Below, piece by piece: positions 25,901-32,000 of a DNA stretch of 32,000 bases. A program made the translations under genes and the position numbers. The notes beneath the pieces are model-generated. The model was not told the DNA's origin, did no database searches, and saw nothing but the letters and a program-made list of their open reading frames with translations. Positions within the stretch are counted from its first letter, which is position 1; each line of letters begins with the position of its first letter. Source of the DNA: Candidatus Poriferisodalis sp. (GTDB taxonomy: Bacteria; Actinomycetota; Acidimicrobiia; Acidimicrobiales; Poriferisodalaceae); NCBI RefSeq assembly GCF_965208925.1, contig NZ_OZ242364.1, forward strand, positions 3,212,928-3,244,927, written 5' to 3'.

Positions 25901-26507
25901 AGAACTGGTAGGACCAACCAAGCGCATCGGGTGCCGACCAGATCGACTCGTCGACAGCGACGAAAAGCTCGATCAATTCCGAGAACGCTGCCGTCGACGG
26001 CTCAAGTTCGAGCAGTGGGTTGCGAGGGTCGAAGAGCGCGGGGACATCGGCCGAGAGTTCATCAGCACAGATCCGCACGAGGAGGCGGAAGCGTTCCCAT
26101 TCCTCATTCGCGCTGGCGGGCGCTATCTCGGCGAAGTCGCGGAATCCTTGCGAGACGAGTCCGTTGCCGATCGCTTCGGGCAGCACGCCGAGTCCTTCCG
26201 CCACCCGCAGGGTGACAAGCCGGTTGACGTGAGTGAAGGCGGCCTCGCGGATGAGACGCTCGACTGCCGAGGATTCTGTCTCGCCTTCGCTGCGCAAGTA
26301 AGCGATGACGTCGAGTAGGTCAAGTCTGACCGCCGCCTCAGACGCATCGAGCGGCAGGGCCTCGGCATCTTCGATCCGTCCGTCGCTGCGGTGGATACCG
26401 AATTCGCCTTCCAACGTCGATGCCAAGTCGATCTCAAGTAGCGACCGCGCCTTCTGGATGAGGTTGCCAAGAGCTGTCCGCTGAGCACCGTCCAGTGCCA
26501 CGGTCAC
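22875..26507 (-). CDS. pglX: BREX adenine-specific DNA methyltransferase PglX
   Basis: 1210 aa. The SAM-binding motif I is LDPACGSGHFLLGAYD and the catalytic motif IV is CLMNPPFG. The length and the N-terminal region (...FTHVNRLVTLRVAEGLGVLPE...) match PglX. GTG start in a GTGA overlap with the brxC stop. Confidence 0.9.
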   Translation of the reverse strand: MTVALDGAQRTALGNLIQKARSLLEIDLASTLEGEFGIHRSDGRIEDAEALPLDASEAAVRLDLLDVIAYLRSEGETESSAVERLIREAAFTHVNRLVTLRVAEGLGVLPEAIGNGLVSQGFRDFAEIAPASANEEWERFRLLVRICADELSADVPALFDPRNPLLELEPSTAAFSELIELFVAVDESIWSAPDALGWSYQFFNSSDERKEMRQSSAPRNSRELAVRNQFFTPSYVVEFLVQNGLGVHLAASFPALAGELPMLVEVPEPAAEPIDLREVSALDPACGSGHFLLGAYDVLEAAWRHAGVEPGDAAPDIVRSLWGIDIDPRATQIAQAAVILRARRHCRTPLPKPNVICARSLPDTPEADELIATLPPHVGRVVQAIAEELIMAPVLGPLLKIEERLDREARDVFGTGHLEGTLSEGWSGGNAVNVESVVLETLETIADQTTSTVAQRLFAAEAHDAVRFIEAMSRRYTACLMNPPFGEPVFASKTYLKAAYPWIPNKDYNLLAAFVGRGLELAEERVGTCAAITSRGGLITRTFEKWRREVLLANRFVVLADLGERVMEDARVEAAAYVLARAEPEGEGVFLRVNSEVDRSKALRETSGAHRVGNDDHRVYVVELSEFGAVPGWPVSYWMSQAMRDQFRSRPAFAACAEVRQGLATGDDFRFVRAAWEVNPERVGFSTSDTRHGCRWVPFAKGGAYSPFWGDIHLLVDWENDGERIRACSGSRAQNTQYYFRRGLTWPRRTVKGFNPRVMPDGAVFADKGSGVFIDGDGEEALLCALGYLLSRAGQMFLGYLTTFGSWEVGAVKRLPEVPAFWDSGAVAAAVARIVDWKAANDTWDETTGRFLAPYGRVEPAATPFAELAAVDEAVLDAMGFDESDRRMLSEEFGALPTSYSQGGHQGSVPPVWWLDEDLEERVHELAQGHVGPYRAPPTGEKQLADLVSYAVGCAFGRWDIEIGRDPSNVTSSTHPWEPRRPLPPGALRAARASYPIEVASDAVMPDDPGEDRDVSRRVALALEYITGCSVEDLSASLVGAPMQLSRYIRTKFFSQHLVQYSMSSRKAPIYWQLQVPSKAWGVWLYMPRLSREMLFATVREAEQRQRLAERRIATLQREYEDGGAGRPIAAVSKELGAEQKLAVELVAFRDEADRIANFGWEPDLDDGAVLNAAPLASLFPAWKDAAKYRAELRQGKYAWSTVSKYADQL

Positions 26508-29500
26508 CGGAGCCGGACCTCAGTGTCTTCGCTAAGTTCGCTCAGGACTGCCTCTCGCAACCGGCCGAGCGCCGCATCCAGCTCGGTCTCGGAAGTGATA
26601 GGTGCGCTCCAGACTTCGGCGGCGCGCACATGGCGGACCTCGCGAGTTGCCACCAGAGCATCCAACGCGTCCGACACCGAGCCGACTGCACCGTCGACAC
26701 TCTGGATGTTTGCCCGTAGCAACGGGATCTCGGCGGTGTCGGCGAGGCGGGCCAGCGGAGCGATCGCCTCGTCGAAGACATCGTCATCGACAGACGGATA
26801 TCGAGATCGGAGCGCCAAGGTGGCTTCCGCCACCTTCTCGGCGACGGCGTCTTGGAGCGAAGCCAAAGCGTTGGCCTTGGCCTGTTCGATCTTGGTGGTA
26901 TGGCTCTTGATCTTCGCCAGATCATCGCCGTAGCGCGCACGGGCCAAGAGTTCGCCGAGTGCTGTGGCCTCCTCCACGATGTCGGGATCGCCAAGCTGGA
27001 GGCCATCGCGGCTCGCCGCAACGGCAGAGCGCAATGTCGGCATCTCGTGTTCAGCAACCGAGGCGAGTGCAGTCACCACCGTTCGTCCGTCAGCGAGATC
27101 GATCCGGCGTTCATGCATAGTTTCAACGACCAGGTCATCGTCGTCGCCTGACAGACGCTCGAGGAGTTCATGCATGACATCGAGCTGCTCAGGCACGTCG
27201 AGGCCAGCGCCTCGGAATGTCGACATGGCTTCCGTGCAGGGCTGACGAAAGCCATCGAACACCGACCGGCCACGATGCGCGAGCGATCCGACGTCGATGC
27301 CGACCGGCTCTCCGGTCAACTCGTGCAGCCACTCGGTGACCTTGCCGCGCACATCGAGATCGGGTCCGCTTTCCTCGGCAGGCCGAAACGAAGCGGCCCG
27401 AAATGTTGGCAGCTTGGCGAAGATCGGCTCCAGACGGTGGTCCGTGTACGACGTGATCCGAGATGCCTGAGAGACGACTTCGAGGAGCCCGGCCCGAATA
27501 GCGGTGGCCAGAACCACCTGCAGCGCCTCGGGCGAACAACCAAAGGGCGGGCTCCCGAAGTGCCGCTCGAGCTGCTGGCCGCTCTGATCCTCGTTGTACT
27601 GCTTGCGGGCACCGATGTGGCCGACAACGGTCTCGATCGGCCCGCTGCCGATCACGAGTTCGTGCCCGCTGCTCGTGATCGTCACAACGTTCAGTCCGTC
27701 CGCGCCGCAACAGTCTGGAAGCCCTGCCAGGGAGTCCGCCTTCAAGACCTGCACAGGGTCGGTTCGCCTGACCGTCGCCGTGAACTCCTCGAGCCGTGGA
27801 TAGATCTTGTCGAGGTGGTCAGTGATGACCTTCTGAGCGGCCGGTTGCAGCTCGCCCTCGGGTGCCGCCTGTGAGGTTCCGCCGAAGACAACCGTCCCGC
27901 CGATCATGTCTCGGGCCAGCAGCTGACTGGCCGTTTGCCCGTGACGGTCCGCCCGCTTGCGTTCTTCCTGGAGCAGGAATCGCTCGGCTTCCCCTTGATC
28001 GTTCTTGTGACGGTCGATCATCTCCTCGCTGCGATAGAGCTCGACCAGCGCCTCGAAGGTGTCGTTCTGAGTCTCGTACGCCCAGTAGATGCGACTGTCG
28101 TTGTCTTCTGCCCGTGAGGTGAATCGCAGGGCGTCGAGATCATCGGTTTCTCGAATGTCGAGACTGATGTCGCCGTCGGTGAGCTTCTCGCGCTCGACGG
28201 TCAGCTCAAGCCTGAAAGTTCGGCCCTTCTTGACAGTGAGTGATCCGAGACGGTCACGTAACAACGTCTTGCGGATCCTCTTGTGGCGCTCGCCGATGTC
28301 GATCTGCCTGCGTTCCTTCTCCCAGTTCTTCTGTTCCGGGGTCTGCAGCCGATAGCCGTCATCACCCTCGCGCAGACGGTCCTCCCTCACAAGGTCCGCG
28401 AGCGCGTCGCGGACCTCCGATTCGAGGGGGTCTGCGTGCGTACTCGGGTGCAGGAGCACCGCCAAGTTCCGCGGAGAGAGCGGTACTCCGGGAACGTCGG
28501 TACACAGCGCCACAACCCGCATGATCTTGGCGTGGAGGCTGTCGTCACCATGTGCACTGGCGACCTGTTCGACTTCGTGGCGCCACGCAGTCGGGATCAC
28601 TTCTTCAAGGAGGGTGTAGGAGCGATCCAGTGTCACGAGCGCTCCGACGTCATCGCCGTGAAGCCCGACTGCCGGGTTGGTGATCAACTGCTGCGTGTGC
28701 TTGATGATCGTGCGGTTTGACCCGCCCAACGTCTGTGGCGCACCACCCTGAGCGCGTCGGGCCGAGACAGCGTCGATCAGGACCTGCAGCTGGTACGGCA
28801 CCAAGGGATACAGGCGAACGAAGTCCTCTTCGCCGAATGGCTCGTAGCGGTCTGACTGCAAGGCGACGGACGTGGCGAGCTTGTTGCGATCCGTGTCGAG
28901 AGCGGCACGAACAGCCGAAGAGCCGTCGGCGCTCTTGTCAAGGACGCGCCGCCCGGTGACCTCGTCAATATCGGAAGGCAGCAGGTCGACGCGAATCGGA
29001 AACCGGTCAACGGCCTTGGCAAGTTCGGTCTGCTTGCCTTCGAGGCTGTCAACCACGTCGGTGAGCTTCTCCTGCGACGTGGCGAGCAGCCAGAGCGCAC
29101 CTTTCTTCTTCTGGCAGGCCTCAGCGAGACCCTGAAGGCCGAGCATCCGGTCGACAGAGCGAGCGACGTACTGACCCGCCTCGTCGACGATGAACACGAG
29201 GCGCGTGGTCCCGCTTCGGCGCCTTGCGAGCATCTCCAGCGCACGGTCAGCGAACCAGTTGGCGTTGATCTCCGGCGGGCTGGCGGCGTTCGACCAAGAG
29301 TCTGCTGAGGGGTAGGTGTCGGGGTCGAGTTCGTGCAGCACCCGGCTGGCCCGATTCTTGGCTGTGATGACGTTGCGGTCGTCATTCCACGACCGGTCAT
29401 TCACCGACTCGTACGTCGAGAGGAACTGCCCGAGGCCGATCGTCTCATCGGGTCCCTCGAGTGCGTACTCGAGTTCGGCCAGCGTGACGTCGCGGCTGTA

Positions 29501-29962
29501 GCCGAGCTGCTCGAGCAACGTTCGGTATACCGGCAGCACCACTGCCTCGCCCTCGCGCAACACGTTGGGGCTGGTGGCGAGATCGAGAAGTACGACCTCG
29601 GCCTCGATTTGCGAGTGGACGGTGCGGAGCAGTTGGCTGGCGCGCGGGATCTCATTGAGCTCAAAAAATCGCTCGGCAACTCGCCGGCCGCCGATCTCCG
29701 GGTTGGCGATGAGATACCCGAGCACCTTGGCAAACGAAGACTTGCCTGACCCAAAGAAGCCGGACACCCAGATATTGACCGTCTCGCTCGGGTTCAGGAT
29801 CATCTCCTGGAACCTGTCGAGCACGTCAGTGAGCTCGGACGCAATGTGGTCGGTCGGGATGTACTCCTCGACCTCGGTGAGGATCGTGGACTCGTCGTCG
29901 ACCTTGATGACCTCTTCGATCTTGCGGTCAATCGGCCGGCTGAACAGTTCTTCGATTCTCAC
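26504..29962 (-). CDS. brxC: BREX P-loop ATPase BrxC/PglY
   Basis: 1152 aa. The N-terminus (M)RIEELFSRPIDRKIEEVIKVDD is followed by Walker A WVSGFFGSGKSSFAKVLGYL and Walker B LVFIVDEAGQYV. The size is typical of BrxC. GTGA overlap with the brxB stop. Confidence 0.9.
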   Translation of the reverse strand: MRIEELFSRPIDRKIEEVIKVDDESTILTEVEEYIPTDHIASELTDVLDRFQEMILNPSETVNIWVSGFFGSGKSSFAKVLGYLIANPEIGGRRVAERFFELNEIPRASQLLRTVHSQIEAEVVLLDLATSPNVLREGEAVVLPVYRTLLEQLGYSRDVTLAELEYALEGPDETIGLGQFLSTYESVNDRSWNDDRNVITAKNRASRVLHELDPDTYPSADSWSNAASPPEINANWFADRALEMLARRRSGTTRLVFIVDEAGQYVARSVDRMLGLQGLAEACQKKKGALWLLATSQEKLTDVVDSLEGKQTELAKAVDRFPIRVDLLPSDIDEVTGRRVLDKSADGSSAVRAALDTDRNKLATSVALQSDRYEPFGEEDFVRLYPLVPYQLQVLIDAVSARRAQGGAPQTLGGSNRTIIKHTQQLITNPAVGLHGDDVGALVTLDRSYTLLEEVIPTAWRHEVEQVASAHGDDSLHAKIMRVVALCTDVPGVPLSPRNLAVLLHPSTHADPLESEVRDALADLVREDRLREGDDGYRLQTPEQKNWEKERRQIDIGERHKRIRKTLLRDRLGSLTVKKGRTFRLELTVEREKLTDGDISLDIRETDDLDALRFTSRAEDNDSRIYWAYETQNDTFEALVELYRSEEMIDRHKNDQGEAERFLLQEERKRADRHGQTASQLLARDMIGGTVVFGGTSQAAPEGELQPAAQKVITDHLDKIYPRLEEFTATVRRTDPVQVLKADSLAGLPDCCGADGLNVVTITSSGHELVIGSGPIETVVGHIGARKQYNEDQSGQQLERHFGSPPFGCSPEALQVVLATAIRAGLLEVVSQASRITSYTDHRLEPIFAKLPTFRAASFRPAEESGPDLDVRGKVTEWLHELTGEPVGIDVGSLAHRGRSVFDGFRQPCTEAMSTFRGAGLDVPEQLDVMHELLERLSGDDDDLVVETMHERRIDLADGRTVVTALASVAEHEMPTLRSAVAASRDGLQLGDPDIVEEATALGELLARARYGDDLAKIKSHTTKIEQAKANALASLQDAVAEKVAEATLALRSRYPSVDDDVFDEAIAPLARLADTAEIPLLRANIQSVDGAVGSVSDALDALVATREVRHVRAAEVWSAPITSETELDAALGRLREAVLSELSEDTEVRLR

Positions 29963-30531
29963 GATTCACCTCGGGGGATGATGAGGGCTCGGTAGCCGTA
30001 TGTCGGCTCGGTCTTGCCCATGAACCGGAGGCCGTAGTCGCCCGAGATGCTGCCTGGGTAGAGCAGCGTGACCGGGCTGTCGATGCGAGCCTTGAGTTCG
30101 TCGAGCAGCGTGCTCGTGCGGTGGGCCGGATAGAGCGCGCCAGCGCGGTACAGGAAGATTGCCGAGCGATCGGTCTGCCTAGCTTGAACCCGGTCGACGA
30201 CGCGGTCGGCGAATGTGGGGCGTGCGCTCAGCACCTGCCGAACAGCGAGCTGCGCTTCCTCGTAGGCACCGGCCCGTTCGAGGTTGATGATCTCGTCGAG
30301 TTGGCCACCCTCCTCCAGGGTCTTCCAGAAGACGTCGGCGAGCGAGACGGTGTCGCATTCGATGTTCCGCGGGTCGGCTTCGAGCCACATGCGGAGATCA
30401 TTCAGCTCCCGCCTCACGGCGTACTCGTCCTGCGGCTCGTACTGGTAGATGAAGAAGGGCACGGTTGCCTGCGTCTCGTAGTAGCTGACGATCCGTTCGG
30501 CGATGTTGGCGACGGGCTCAGGCAACGGCAC
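29959..30531 (-). CDS. brxB: BREX protein BrxB (DUF1788)
   Basis: The DUF1788-like sequence is ...VPFFIYQYEPQDEYAVRRELNDLRMWLE...SAIFLYRAGALYPAHRTSTLLDEL...VTLLYPGS. ORF 29959..30588. I prefer the GTG at 30531 because GGAGG lies 6 nt upstream. That start overlaps the brxA 3' end by 14 nt. Confidence 0.85.
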   Translation of the reverse strand: MPLPEPVANIAERIVSYYETQATVPFFIYQYEPQDEYAVRRELNDLRMWLEADPRNIECDTVSLADVFWKTLEEGGQLDEIINLERAGAYEEAQLAVRQVLSARPTFADRVVDRVQARQTDRSAIFLYRAGALYPAHRTSTLLDELKARIDSPVTLLYPGSISGDYGLRFMGKTEPTYGYRALIIPRGES

Positions 30532-31285
30532 GAGCGACCTCCACCAGACTCTCGACACGCCAGTCGATCCGAAAGCTCGAGCCGGCACGGTCGTAGTACA
30601 CGAGCCCTTCTGCGGCGAGGCGGTGCATGTGTTGATCGATCCGAGGTCCGTCGAGCAGCCATCGCTTCCACACCGGCGCTGTCAAGAGCCCGCGGCTCGA
30701 CTCACCGCCCTGATGGAGTCGGTAGGCGACGTAGGCGAATCCACCATCCGAGATCGAAGGGCCAGTGATCTCCTTGTTGGGTGACTTCGTCGCGCCTTCG
30801 AGACGTCCAAAGTCGCGCAGGGTGGCCAGCAGCCCTTGGGCAACCCGTCGTTTCAGCGATGGTGACCAGGCTGGGACACTCTCGGCCATTTCGAGCTCGG
30901 TCAGCCATTGCTCGGCCAGATCCGCGTTAACTCCGAGCCGGCCTTCGTCGTACCAGCCAGCGAGCGGTCCCTCGGCGAAAGCCCCGAGAAGCTGGTCGGC
31001 TCTGGAAGCCTCGTAGTAGCAAGCGTCAGAGAAAGCAGCGGGGTTGCCGCAGAGAATGCGGAGAGCCCGGACCAAGTCCTCGCCCGGGTCGACAAAGCGA
31101 GGGCGGAGGGCGTACATGGTGACATCGGATGCCCTCGACTGCGAAGGCAACCCAAGCAGGTTCTGCTCGTTGATGAGCGACAGATTCGCTGCGCTTGACA
31201 AGGTGTCGTCCCACAACGAGACGAACTGCCGTGTGTCATCGAGCAGGGCGCCACGCTTCGAGATGTTCGAGCTCATCACCGTCAA
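30518..31285 (-). CDS. brxA: BREX protein BrxA (DUF1819-like)
   Basis: The N-terminal pattern SSNISKRGALLDDTRQFVSLWDD...LINEQNLLGLPSQSRASDVTMYALRPRF...AFSDACYYEASRADQLLGAFAE fits DUF1819. It sits immediately upstream of brxB. Start options are TTG 31285 (TTGA overlap), GTG 31279 and ATG 31276. It is somewhat longer than the typical BrxA I remember. Confidence 0.7.
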   Translation of the reverse strand: MTVMSSNISKRGALLDDTRQFVSLWDDTLSSAANLSLINEQNLLGLPSQSRASDVTMYALRPRFVDPGEDLVRALRILCGNPAAFSDACYYEASRADQLLGAFAEGPLAGWYDEGRLGVNADLAEQWLTELEMAESVPAWSPSLKRRVAQGLLATLRDFGRLEGATKSPNKEITGPSISDGGFAYVAYRLHQGGESSRGLLTAPVWKRWLLDGPRIDQHMHRLAAEGLVYYDRAGSSFRIDWRVESLVEVARAVA

Positions 31286-31827
31286 TCGGTCACCTCGAGG
31301 AATGGCGCGGCGAAGGTCGCGCGACCGACATACACAGCAGCAAGCGTCTGGACAGCATCGGCAACCGCGGCAGGGTCTTCCAGCACCGAGCGCTCGATTG
31401 AACCGGCCCTCAACGCATCGCCGAGGGATTCGATTCGCGGCCTCTTTCCGGCACGTAGAGAATCTTCAATCGCATCGAGCGTCGCAGTCTCGAGGAACTC
31501 GAATATCGCTGACGGCTCGTCTTCGGTCTTCTGCTCGGAAACCCACGCTGCTGTCCAGCGTCGTACTGGCCAGCGGTCGCTGAACAGGTGGACAGCGTTC
31601 GGCCGGTCGATGATGTCGTTGTGCCGGTTCGCCGCCGACGCCAAGTCGAGCTCAACTGCCGCCATACGCCACGTACGCGGAAGCCGCTGCTTCAGGACAA
31701 CGCGACCCGCCGCGCCGAATGAGCGAGACCCCCACCAATTCCGCAGATCGGCCTCACCCAGTCGGGCGACTCGAATGGCGGATACAACGATCTCGTCGAC
31801 GTCAGGTGTTGAGACCGCTGGTGCCAC
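31282..31827 (-). CDS. Hypothetical protein in the brxE position (first gene of the BREX operon)
   Basis: 181 aa. The GTG start at 31827 is preceded by a GGGGGG run 6 nt upstream. The stop overlaps the brxA start. The sequence ...VARLGEADLRNWWGSRSFGAAGRVVLKQRLPRTW... has no motif I can assign with confidence. The BrxE assignment rests on position and size only. Confidence 0.5.
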   Translation of the reverse strand: MAPAVSTPDVDEIVVSAIRVARLGEADLRNWWGSRSFGAAGRVVLKQRLPRTWRMAAVELDLASAANRHNDIIDRPNAVHLFSDRWPVRRWTAAWVSEQKTEDEPSAIFEFLETATLDAIEDSLRAGKRPRIESLGDALRAGSIERSVLEDPAAVADAVQTLAAVYVGRATFAAPFLEVTD

Positions 31828-32000
31828 GGCGCCCCCCGCTCGGTGCCTGCCCCCGGTGTCACGGCGGCCGTGACGGCCCTAGTGGGAGGGACCCGGATCA
31901 GCCGCAGCCGCGCCGACTCAGACTGCGCCGTCCGACACATAGATGTGCCCGGGCACGTCGGCTTTCGCCGAACTCGATGCGGCAGTAAACCCTCGACGGG

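Noticed and set aside
31918-32000. A possible 3' end of another minus-strand gene at the window edge (...RRGFTAASSSAKADVPGHIYVSDGAV*, stop at 31918-31920).
   Set aside because: Only 26 codons are visible and there is no motif. That is too short to tell coding from chance, so I did not list it as a feature.
1-32000. I looked for CRISPR arrays, tRNA/rRNA genes, IS elements, integrases and long direct or terminal repeats.
   Set aside because: None was recognised by eye: no regularly spaced repeats, no cloverleaf-like conserved tRNA segments, and no DDE or tyrosine-recombinase motifs in any ORF. Repeat detection by eye over 32 kb is weak, so a computational self-alignment should confirm this.

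Overview
This is high-GC, actinobacterial-type DNA, tightly packed with genes, and it splits into two parts.

**Left part (1 to ~15.3 kb): ordinary metabolism.**
- A partial SDR oxidoreductase, an enolase-superfamily enzyme and an FAD monooxygenase.
- A ~30-codon remnant of an acyl-CoA ligase C-terminus.
- A nine-gene minus-strand operon for anhydro-MurNAc/amino-sugar salvage: a family-5 lipoprotein SBP, two permeases, murQ, two ATPases, nagA, anmK and a SIS-domain enzyme.
- A divergent GntR/HutC regulator. The shared intergenic region holds three DasR/NagR-type (dre-like) operator half-palindromes spaced exactly 20 bp apart.
- A GNAT acetyltransferase and an O-methyltransferase.

**Right part (~15.3 kb to the window end): looks like a defence island.**
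- A PP2C phosphatase with a small downstream ORF.
- A plus-strand three-gene operon: a small antitoxin-like ORF, an AbiEii/MenT-type nucleotidyltransferase toxin and a Zn-ribbon-DUF4145 protein.
- A convergent seven-gene BREX operon: a brxE-position ORF, then brxA, brxB, brxC, pglX, pglZ and a brxL-like gene.

**Most interesting observation.** The last BREX gene keeps the BrxL N-terminal and AAA+ region. Where the Lon-like protease domain would normally follow, it has an acidic linker and an AlbA_2/Schlafen-type domain. I do not recognise this architecture from described BREX types.

I saw no rRNA, tRNA, CRISPR array, transposase or integrase. All family assignments come from motif recognition by eye, not from searches.
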